DNA of 40,325 nucleotides, taken from positions 1-40,325 of the forward strand of contig JBLMYC010000163.1 in assembly GCA_050258075.1 (NCBI GenBank), written 5' to 3'. Both the position numbers and the translations under genes were made by a program. Position 1 is the stretch's first letter. Each line of letters opens with the position of its first letter. The notes under the pieces are model-generated. The model was not told the origin of the DNA. It searched no databases and saw only the letters and a program-made list of their open reading frames with translations. This DNA is from Acidobacteriota bacterium (lineage in GTDB: Bacteria; Acidobacteriota; Thermoanaerobaculia; Multivoradales; JAGPDF01). This document shows, in pieces, positions 19,443-26,930 of the stretch.

Positions 19443-20200
19443 CCCTGCTTCCCCTGCGGCACCTTCTTCAGGAACTCGCTGTGCGGAAACTCGCTGCGCA
19501 GCTTGGCGAAGGTCGCGGTCGCCTGGTCCGGCTGTCGGGTGCGCTCGTAGGCCACCCCGAGCCAGTACAGGGCCTTGTCACGCTGCTGGTACTCCGGGTA
19601 CTGCTGGAGGAGGTAGTCGAAGCGGTTGACCGAGGCCATCGGCAGGCCGTAGCGCAAGTAGAAGAAGCCGACGATGAACTCGTGCTCGGCCAGGTTCTGC
19701 TTGACGGCGCGGATCTCGGCGTCGGCCTGCGCCGCGTACTCGCTGGTCGGATACAGCCGTTTCAGGTCGCGGAAAGCGTCGAGCGCCTTCTGTGCCACGG
19801 ACTGGTCGCGGTCGGGCCGTTCGATGCGCTGGGCCAGCGACCTGGCGATCTGAAACTGCACGTAGGCGGCGCGGTCGCTGGTCGGGAAGCGGTTCTGGAA
19901 ATCGCGGTACTTCGCCTCGGCCTGGATCAGCTCGGTGCTGGCACCGTCGAGATACAGCGTATCGGCCGCGAGCAGCAGGCCCTCGCGCCCGGCGGAGGAG
20001 TTGGGCTCGGCCTCGAAGGCGTGGGTGAAGTACTTGCGCGCCTGGCTGTACTTCTTCTTGGCGAGGTACTGCTTGCCCTGGACAAGTGACTCGGTGGCCG
20101 ACAGGTTGAGCAGCGGGTCCTTCGCCGGACTGCTCTTGCAGCTGGCGAGCAGGCTGGCGACGAGAAGGGCACCGCAGATGGCGGCAAGGCGGCGGGTCAT
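19439..20200 (-). CDS. bamD: Outer membrane protein assembly factor BamD
   Basis: Start at ATG 20200 (ATGA overlap with the rpe stop) inside ORF 19439..20797. Lipobox LLASC. TPR-like repeats with the YfiO pattern (YPTSEYAAQADAEIRAVKQNLAEHEFIVGFFYLRYG). Confidence 0.9.
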   Translation of the reverse strand: MTRRLAAICGALLVASLLASCKSSPAKDPLLNLSATESLVQGKQYLAKKKYSQARKYFTHAFEAEPNSSAGREGLLLAADTLYLDGASTELIQAEAKYRDFQNRFPTSDRAAYVQFQIARSLAQRIERPDRDQSVAQKALDAFRDLKRLYPTSEYAAQADAEIRAVKQNLAEHEFIVGFFYLRYGLPMASVNRFDYLLQQYPEYQQRDKALYWLGVAYERTRQPDQATATFAKLRSEFPHSEFLKKVPQGKQG

Positions 20201-20865
20201 GCGATCTCCTGGTTGGCGAGCTGGCGCAGCACCCGGAGCTCGGTGACCGGGTCGGCGGCGCCGAAAACAGCCGAGCCGATGACGCAGATTTCCACGCCAG
20301 CCTCGACCGCCCGGCGGATTGTATCGCGCCCCAGTCCGCCATCCATGGCGATCGAGGCCGACGCACGCCGCGCCGCGATCATCCCTCGCAAACGCCGTGC
20401 CTTCTCGAGCGCCTGCGGCAGGAAGCTCTGCCCGGAGAAGCCGGGGTTGACCGACATGACGAGCACCGAGTCCACCCCGTCGAGGACGTCGCTCAGGAAT
20501 TCGACCGGGGTGGCCGGGTTCACCGCCACGCCGGCTCGCGCCCCCTTGCGGCGCACTTCCCGCAGCACGCGGTCGAGGTGGGTGGTCACCTCCCAGTGCA
20601 CGGTCACCGCCGCGGCCCCGGCGTCGACGTAGGCCTCGGCCCAGGTGTCGGGATTGGAGATCATCAGGTGGACGTCGAGCGGCAGCCGGGTGCGGCGCGC
20701 GATCGCCGCGACGACCGGCAGGCCAAAGGTCAGATTCGGCACGAAGTGGCCGTCCATGACGTCGACGTGCAGCGCGTCGGCGCCGGCCTGCTCGCACAGC
20801 CGGACCGCACCGGCGAGGTCGGCGAGGTCAGCGGCGAGGATCGAGGGCGCCAGGCGGATGCTCAC
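20197..20865 (-). CDS. rpe: Ribulose-phosphate 3-epimerase
   Basis: SIRLAPSILAADLADLAGAV ... ADALHVDVMDGHFVPNLTFG ... LDVHLM ... VMSVNPGFSGQSF. GTG start overlapping the PASTA gene stop. Confidence 0.95.
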   Translation of the reverse strand: MSIRLAPSILAADLADLAGAVRLCEQAGADALHVDVMDGHFVPNLTFGLPVVAAIARRTRLPLDVHLMISNPDTWAEAYVDAGAAAVTVHWEVTTHLDRVLREVRRKGARAGVAVNPATPVEFLSDVLDGVDSVLVMSVNPGFSGQSFLPQALEKARRLRGMIAARRASASIAMDGGLGRDTIRRAVEAGVEICVIGSAVFGAADPVTELRVLRQLANQEIA

Positions 20866-21599
20866 GTCCCCGCTCCTGCCACGACCAGCGCGATCGCATC
20901 GCGGCGGTGCAGCGGATGGCCCGGCAGCGGGAACTGACGCAGCACGACGCCGTCCGCGATCCCCTCGTAGGGCTCGAACTTCACGTTGCCGAGCTTGAAC
21001 CCCCGCGGCTCGAAGAACTTCTTCACCTCGTCGTAGCCGCGATACACGAGATCGGGCATCACGAAGGTCTGGGCAGGGTCGTCGATCGACAGGTACAGGT
21101 CGACGGGCGCGGCGCGCGACACCAGGCTGCCGGCCGGCGGATTCTGCATCGCCACCAGGCCGGCGCCCTGACCGCTCGTGTACACCGACAGCGTCTGGCC
21201 GGGTTGCAGGCCGGCCGCGGCGAGTGCGAGCTGGGCCGCTTGCGCGGCCTGGCCGACCACGTCAGGGACGGCGACCCGCTGGGGGCCGCGCGACAGCACG
21301 ACCTCGACGATCGCGCCGCGCTTCACCAGGCTCCCGGCGCCCGGGCGCTGGCGCAGGATCTTGCCCGGCGCGATGCGGTCGTCGTACGCGTTGTCTTCCT
21401 GGCGCACGCGCAGCGCCAGCCCCTGGTCGGAAGCGAGCGCCGTCGCTTCCTGATCGGTGAGACCGGCAAGATCCGGCACGTGGGTCACGCCGCTGCGGAC
21501 GAACAGGCTGAAGGCGAAGTACGCGGTGAGCATGAAGACCACCAGCACCAGGCCGGCGTAGGCCACGGACCCGAGCAGGCGCAGCAGGCGGTTCGCCAT
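20862..21599 (-). CDS. Membrane-anchored protein with three PASTA repeats and no kinase or PBP domain
   Basis: N-terminal TM helix LLGSVAYAGLVLVVFMLTAYFAFSLF, then three units of about 65 aa beginning VPDLAGLTDQEA, VPDVVGQAAQAA and MPDLVYRGYDEV, each ending in a V(V/Y)LS-type strand. Confidence 0.78.
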   Translation of the reverse strand: MANRLLRLLGSVAYAGLVLVVFMLTAYFAFSLFVRSGVTHVPDLAGLTDQEATALASDQGLALRVRQEDNAYDDRIAPGKILRQRPGAGSLVKRGAIVEVVLSRGPQRVAVPDVVGQAAQAAQLALAAAGLQPGQTLSVYTSGQGAGLVAMQNPPAGSLVSRAAPVDLYLSIDDPAQTFVMPDLVYRGYDEVKKFFEPRGFKLGNVKFEPYEGIADGVVLRQFPLPGHPLHRRDAIALVVAGAGT

Positions 21600-21656
21600 C
21601 GCGCGCAGTCTAACAAAGCGGGGCCGCCGGACCGGGCGTCCAGCGGCGGGTGCGGA

Positions 21657-22184
21657 TCAGTTCACCCAGCGATCGATCCAGCGATTGACGATGCCCTTGG
21701 GATAGCGCGCGGTCGGCCTTCCCTGCGCCCGCAGCATCGCCTCGATCGTGGGCAGCACGGCGGCGACGTCGCCCGCCGGATGAGCGATGTAGAAGAGCTT
21801 CTGGTCGCGTCCGACCGCGAACAAGCCGGGCGCGGTAGGAATCGCCGGCTGCCCTTCCACGGCGGCGGGCGCGACTACGCCGTACGCGGCCGCGAAATCC
21901 CGGTCATCGTGGAGCAGCGGAAACGGCAGCTTCTGCTCACGCTGGGCCTGCTTGAGCGCCGCGAGCGGCACCGGCGAGACGACCAGGACCTTGGCCCGCA
22001 GCTCGCAGAGCGCGGCGTGGCGCGCCGCCAGGGCGGCGAGGTCGCGCTGCGCCGGCGGCGCGGCGGGGTCCGCGGTGAAGTACAGCAGCACCGCGGTGCG
22101 CGGCACCTCGTCGCGCAGCTGGAGGACCACGTCCTCGGTCGAGGTGAGGTCGAAGTTCGGGGCTTCCTGGCCTACCTCAATCAT
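21657..22184 (-). CDS. Thioredoxin-fold, peroxiredoxin (AhpC/TSA/Bcp)-like protein lacking the peroxidatic Cys
   Basis: MIEVGQEAPNFDLTSTEDVVLQLRDEV..AVLLYFTADPAAPPAQRDLAAL... Canonical Bcp proteins have FYPxDxTPGCTxE at this position. The downstream LPFPLLHDDRDFAAAYGV is conserved. Confidence 0.65.
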   Translation of the reverse strand: MIEVGQEAPNFDLTSTEDVVLQLRDEVPRTAVLLYFTADPAAPPAQRDLAALAARHAALCELRAKVLVVSPVPLAALKQAQREQKLPFPLLHDDRDFAAAYGVVAPAAVEGQPAIPTAPGLFAVGRDQKLFYIAHPAGDVAAVLPTIEAMLRAQGRPTARYPKGIVNRWIDRWVN

Positions 22185-22215
22185 CGCGCCGCTCCGTTCC
22201 GGCCGCCGGCCGGCA

Positions 22216-23544
22216 TCAGGGTTTCCCCGACAGCCCCGGCAGAGTCTTCACCAGGTCGAAGTACAGGACCATCACCATCAGCATCACCAGCAGCAGGAAG
22301 CCGACCTGCGCGATGCGCTCCTTGACGCGCAGCGACAGGTCGCGGCGCAGCACGCCCTCGATCGCCAGGATGAAGATGTTGCCGCCGTCGAGGATGGGCA
22401 GCGGCAGCAGGTTCAAGACCGCGATCGACATGCTGAGGAAGCCCATCAGAAAGGCCAGGCTCTTCCAGCCGCTGCGCGCCGCGGCCCCTGACATCGCGGC
22501 GATCTCGATCGGCCCGGAGAGCGCCGTCTTGGCGGCGAGCTGGCGCGACAGGATCTTCTCGATCACCGCGAAGGTCTGGGTGACGATGCCCCAGTTGTAG
22601 CGCACGCTCTGCACCACTGCCTCGGCCGGGCCGTAGCGCTGGTAGACGCCGATCGAAACGCCGATCTTGCCCTTGCCGCCGGCGCGCGCCTCCGCCGCCG
22701 GCACCACCGTGATCACCTGGTTGCGGCCGCCGCGGGCAACCTCGACGCGGGTCTCCTGGCCGGCGCGAGACTCGATCGCGGCCACGAAGTCGGCAGCATC
22801 GGTGATCGGCTTGCCGTCGACCGCGCGCAGCTCGTCACCGCGCTGGAATCCGGCCTTCTCGGCCGGGCCGCCGGCCACCACCTGCGCCACCCGCGGCAGC
22901 ACGATCGGGAACATGCCGGCGGTGTCGCCGTACTCGTAGCGCGGCACCTTGCCCGGCGTGACGGTGGCGGCGAAGCGCTCCTTGCCGCGCTCGACCCGCA
23001 CCACCACCGGACGGTCCGGCGCCGCCATCAGCTCGAAGCCGACGTCCTGCCAGCGGGCGACCGGCTTGCCATTCACCTCGACGATGCGGTCGCCCGGCTT
23101 CAAGCCCGCCGCCGCCGCCGACGAGCCAGCCTCGACCGTGCCGAGAACCGGCGGGATGCTCTGCAGGTCGGGGACCTCGATGCCGATCATGAACAGCACC
23201 GCGATCAGGGCCACCGAGAAGACGATGTTGGTTAGCGGCCCGGCGAAGAACACCACGGCGCGCTGCCAGCGCGGCCGGCCGAGGAACTCGCCGGGATCGC
23301 CGGTCGACTCGTCGGGGTTCTCGCCGAACAGCTTCACGTAGCCGCCGAGCGGCAGCGCCGAAACCCGGTAGTCGGTGCCGCCGCGCTCGAAGCCCCACAG
23401 CCGCTTGCCGAAGCCGAGCGAGAAGGTCAGCACCCGCATGCCGAATGCCTTCGCCATCATCAGATGGCCGCCCTCGTGGACGAAGATGATCAGTCCCAGG
23501 GCGACGACAAAGGCGAGAGTGTTGGTCAGCAGGTCCAGCATCAT
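22216..23544 (-). CDS. rseP: RIP site-2 zinc metalloprotease RseP (M50 family, PDZ domains)
   Basis: HEGGHLMMAKAFGMRV (HExxH), two PDZ-like segments (GLKPGDRIVEVNG; GFQRGDELRAVDG), and C-terminal LNLLPLPILDGG. Confidence 0.93.
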   Translation of the reverse strand: MMLDLLTNTLAFVVALGLIIFVHEGGHLMMAKAFGMRVLTFSLGFGKRLWGFERGGTDYRVSALPLGGYVKLFGENPDESTGDPGEFLGRPRWQRAVVFFAGPLTNIVFSVALIAVLFMIGIEVPDLQSIPPVLGTVEAGSSAAAAGLKPGDRIVEVNGKPVARWQDVGFELMAAPDRPVVVRVERGKERFAATVTPGKVPRYEYGDTAGMFPIVLPRVAQVVAGGPAEKAGFQRGDELRAVDGKPITDAADFVAAIESRAGQETRVEVARGGRNQVITVVPAAEARAGGKGKIGVSIGVYQRYGPAEAVVQSVRYNWGIVTQTFAVIEKILSRQLAAKTALSGPIEIAAMSGAAARSGWKSLAFLMGFLSMSIAVLNLLPLPILDGGNIFILAIEGVLRRDLSLRVKERIAQVGFLLLVMLMVMVLYFDLVKTLPGLSGKP

Positions 23545-23594
23545 CCGCCCACTTTACTCGAAAGCCGGCTGGCGCCGCACCGCGCGTCGACCGC

Positions 23595-23600
23595 TACAAT
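23595..23600 (+). promoter_or_regulatory. -10-like TACAAT (CCGCTACAAT), 8 nt upstream of the ThrE-like ATG; candidate leaderless promoter
   Basis: Read directly: CCGCTACAATCCCGCCTCATG. Confidence 0.4.
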
Positions 23601-23608
23601 CCCGCCTC

Positions 23609-24844
23609 ATGCTCGACCGCGCCGAGGATGCCGCTGCCGCAGGCCCCACCCTGGCGCTCCTCCTCCGCCTGGGGCGGGCGCTGCACCGCTACGGCTATCC
23701 GGCGCCGCATCTCGAGGCGGCGCTGACCCGCGTCGCCGACCGCTTCGCGATCGCGTCGCAGTTCTTCTCCACCCCGACCTCGCTGTTCTGCGCGTTCGGC
23801 CCCGACGACCGCCAGCACACCTACATGCTGCGGGTCGAGCCCGGCGAGGTGAACCTGGGCAAGCTGGCGGCGCTGCAGCGCGAGATCGAGACCGTGCAGG
23901 CCGACGCGTCCCAGGCCGCCGCGGCGGCGCGCCGCGTCGAGGCGATCGACGCCGCGGGCTCACCGTACCCGCCGCTGCTGGTGCTGCTCGCGGCCGGCCT
24001 CGGCTCCGGCGGCGCCGCGCTGTTCCTCGGCGGCGGTCTGCGCGAGCTTCTGATCGCGACGGGCATCGGCCTCGCGCTCGGCGTGCTCGGCGTCGCGTTC
24101 CAGCGCCAGGCGGCGCGGCTGCGCGGCCTGCTCGAGCCGGTGGCGGCGGCGCTCGCCGCGTTCCTGGCCGGCGCCGGGGCACACTGGATCGGCCCGGCCT
24201 CGATCTACATCGCAACCCTCGCCGGGCTGATCGTGCTGCTCCCCGGCTTCACGCTCACCGTGGCGCTGACCGAGCTCGCCACCCGCCATCTGGTCTCGGG
24301 GACGGCGCGGCTGATGGGGGCGCTCACCACCTTCCTCACCCTGGGCTTCGGAGTCGCGGTCGGCAAAGGCCTGGCGCTCGCCCTGTTCGGCGCCAGCGAC
24401 GCCGCGCCGCCCTGGGAACCGCTCGGCGCGGTACGGGCCCTGGCACTGGTCGTCGCGCCGCTCTCGTTCTGCGTATTGCTGCGCGCCGCGCCGCGCGACG
24501 CACCCTGGATCCTGCTGGTCAGCGTGATCGCGATCGAGGGCGGACAGCTGGGCAGCGATCTCTTCGGGGTCGAGCTCGGCGCCTTCGTCGGCGCCTTGGC
24601 GGTGGGGATCGCGAGCGATCTCTACGCGCACTTCCTGCGCCGGCCGGCTCTCGTCACCCTGGTGCCCGGCATCCTGCTCCTGGTGCCGGGCTCGATCGGC
24701 TTCAGAAGCGTCGCCTCTCTGCTCGACAAGGACGTCGTGTTCGGGGTCGAGACCGGCTTCCGCATGGCCTTCGTCGCGATCTCTCTGGTCGCCGGCCTGC
24801 TGATGGCGAACGTGGTCGCGCCGCGTCGGCGGCCCGCCGCCTGA
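23609..24844 (+). CDS. ThrE-family (threonine/serine exporter-like; DUF1212 + DUF3815) membrane protein
   Basis: Start at ATG 23609 within ORF 23375..24844. MLDRAEDAAAAGPTLALLLRLGRALHRYGYPAPHLEAALTRVADRFAIASQFFSTPTSLFCAF, followed by about 10 TM helices. Confidence 0.78.
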   Translation: MLDRAEDAAAAGPTLALLLRLGRALHRYGYPAPHLEAALTRVADRFAIASQFFSTPTSLFCAFGPDDRQHTYMLRVEPGEVNLGKLAALQREIETVQADASQAAAAARRVEAIDAAGSPYPPLLVLLAAGLGSGGAALFLGGGLRELLIATGIGLALGVLGVAFQRQAARLRGLLEPVAAALAAFLAGAGAHWIGPASIYIATLAGLIVLLPGFTLTVALTELATRHLVSGTARLMGALTTFLTLGFGVAVGKGLALALFGASDAAPPWEPLGAVRALALVVAPLSFCVLLRAAPRDAPWILLVSVIAIEGGQLGSDLFGVELGAFVGALAVGIASDLYAHFLRRPALVTLVPGILLLVPGSIGFRSVASLLDKDVVFGVETGFRMAFVAISLVAGLLMANVVAPRRRPAA

Positions 24845-24847
24845 GGC

Positions 24848-25360
24848 CTAAGCAAGCTCGAACAGCGGGTCGCCGCCGTCGACCGCCTGGCCGGGGCGGA
24901 CGAAGACGCGACCCACCACGCCGGCGCGCTCGGACTGGATCTCGTTCTGCATCTTCATCGCCTCGAGGACGACGACGCCCTGGCCGGGCTGCACCTCGTC
25001 GCCCGCGGCGACCAGGACCGAGACGACACGGCCCGGCATGTACGCGGTGACGCGCTGCGGCCCGTCCGCGGCGTCGCGCCCGGCGCCCTGCTGCGCCAGG
25101 CGGGCGAGCGGGTCGAGCACCTCGACGCCCAGGATCTCGCCGTTGGCGGTGACTCGATAGCGGCCGTCGCCGTCGGCGTAAACGGCCACCTCGCGCTGCC
25201 TCCCGCCCACCAGCAAGCTGCGCAGCAGCGCCGTACCCACCGCCGCCGACTCGACCAGGTGCTCGACGCTGCCGATGCGCACGCTGTAATGGCCGCCGTC
25301 GCCGCGGCGCTCCACCACCACGCGCTCCTCGCGCTCGCCGATCCGGACGACCAGCTCCAT
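24848..25360 (-). CDS. Biotin carboxyl carrier (biotinyl-domain) protein with an N-terminal BT-like segment
   Basis: Start at ATG 25360 (ATGA overlap with the accC stop). The C-terminus VVVLEAMKMQNEIQSERAGVV carries the biotinylation motif EAMKM. Confidence 0.85.
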   Translation of the reverse strand: MELVVRIGEREERVVVERRGDGGHYSVRIGSVEHLVESAAVGTALLRSLLVGGRQREVAVYADGDGRYRVTANGEILGVEVLDPLARLAQQGAGRDAADGPQRVTAYMPGRVVSVLVAAGDEVQPGQGVVVLEAMKMQNEIQSERAGVVGRVFVRPGQAVDGGDPLFELA

Positions 25361-26907
25361 CAGCTCCTCCGCAGCCCTTCGCTGCGGCCGGTCGCGCGCC
25401 ACACCGCGCGCCGCGCGCCTTGCGCGATCGGCGCCGCAGCGCGGCGATGGCTGCGCTCGTAGTGCTCGATCGCCGCCGCCAGAATCGGCAAGTCGTCGTC
25501 GGCCACCGCGCCCTCGGGCCTCGCCGGCCGCAGCTCACCCGCCGCCAGGCGGCGGTCGAGCCAGCCGATATCGAAGCGCCCGGCCAGGAAATCGGGGTCG
25601 GCGAGCAGCGCCTTGTACAGCGGCTGGGTGGTGCGGATGCCCTCCACCCGCAGCTCCTCCATGCCGCGCGCCGCACGGCGCAGAGCGTGAGCGCGGTCGC
25701 TGCCCCAGAAGATGAGCTTGGCGAGCATCGGGTCGTAGTGCACCGTCACCTCGCCGCCCTCGTACACGCCGCCGTCCACCCGCACCCCCGGCCCCTGCGG
25801 CCAGCGCAGGAAGCGGATGCGCCCCGGCGAGGGCTGGAACTTCTGGTAGGGGTCCTCGGCGTAGAGGCGGAACTCGATCGCGTGGCCGCGCGGCTCGATG
25901 CCCTCGAGCTCGGGCCCGACCGGCTCGCCCATCGCGACGCGCAGCTGGGCGATGACCAGATCGACTCCGGTCACCTGCTCGGTGATCGGATGCTCGACCT
26001 GGAGGCGGGTGTTCATCTCGAGGAAGTAGAACTCGCCATTCGGCGCGAGCAGGAACTCGCAGGTCCCGGCGTTGCTGTAACCGACCGCCGACGCGGCGCG
26101 GACCGCGGCCTCGCCCATGCGGCGGCGCAGCTGCGGCGTGACGACCGGCGACGGCGCCTCCTCGATCACCTTCTGGTGGCGGCGCTGGATCGAGCACTCG
26201 CGCTCGTTCAGCGAGACGACCTTGCCGTAAAGGTCGCCGAGCACCTGGATCTCGACGTGGCGCGGGTTCTCGATGTACTTCTCGAGATACACCGCGTCGT
26301 CGCCGAAGCTCGCCTGGGCCTCCGAACGGGCGGCGCGGAAGGCGGCGGCGAGGTCGGCCTCGCCGGGCACCATGCGCATGCCCTTGCCGCCGCCGCCGGC
26401 GGCTGCCTTGATCATCACCGGGTAGCCGATCTCGCGCGCGAACGCCTTCGCCGCCTCCAGGTCGGGCAGCGGATCGCGCCCGCCGGGGACGACCGGCACC
26501 CCGGCGTCGATCATCCGCCGGCGGCACTCGACCTTGGAGCCCATCGCCGCGATCGCCTCCGGGCGCGGGCCGATGAAGGTCACTCCGGCGTCCCGGCACA
26601 GCGCCGCGAACTTCTCGTTCTCGGACAGGAAGCCGTAGCCCGGATGGATGGCGTCGGCGCCGATCTCGCGCGCCAGGCGCACCAGCTCGTCGCCGCGCAG
26701 GTAACTCTCGCGCGACGGCGCCGGGCCGATCCGGTACGCCTCGTCGGCGAGCAGCACCGGCAGGCTGAGGCGGTCGGGATCGGAGTACACGACGGCGCCG
26801 CTGATGCCCATCTCACGCAGGGCGCGCAGCACGCGCACCGCGATCTCGCCGCGGTTGGCGATCAGCACCTTGCGGATGGGCCGGGCCGGCACGTCGACGG
26901 GGCTCAA
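25360..26907 (-). CDS. accC: Biotin carboxylase subunit of an acyl-CoA carboxylase (AccC-like, extended C-terminus)
   Basis: KVLIANRGEIAVRVLRALREMGI, HPGYGFLSEN, GGGGKGMR, EMNTRLQVEHPITE. The start is TTG 26907 or GTG 26892. Confidence 0.92.
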   Translation of the reverse strand: MSPVDVPARPIRKVLIANRGEIAVRVLRALREMGISGAVVYSDPDRLSLPVLLADEAYRIGPAPSRESYLRGDELVRLAREIGADAIHPGYGFLSENEKFAALCRDAGVTFIGPRPEAIAAMGSKVECRRRMIDAGVPVVPGGRDPLPDLEAAKAFAREIGYPVMIKAAAGGGGKGMRMVPGEADLAAAFRAARSEAQASFGDDAVYLEKYIENPRHVEIQVLGDLYGKVVSLNERECSIQRRHQKVIEEAPSPVVTPQLRRRMGEAAVRAASAVGYSNAGTCEFLLAPNGEFYFLEMNTRLQVEHPITEQVTGVDLVIAQLRVAMGEPVGPELEGIEPRGHAIEFRLYAEDPYQKFQPSPGRIRFLRWPQGPGVRVDGGVYEGGEVTVHYDPMLAKLIFWGSDRAHALRRAARGMEELRVEGIRTTQPLYKALLADPDFLAGRFDIGWLDRRLAAGELRPARPEGAVADDDLPILAAAIEHYERSHRRAAAPIAQGARRAVWRATGRSEGLRRS

Positions 26908-26930
26908 GACCTGCCCAGTCTAGCAGTCCC

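Noticed and set aside
23464-25050. 528 aa plus-strand ORF overlapping the ThrE-like gene in another frame
   Set aside because: Its Arg/Gly/Pro-rich composition contrasts with the clean multi-TM ThrE-like frame at 23609..24844.
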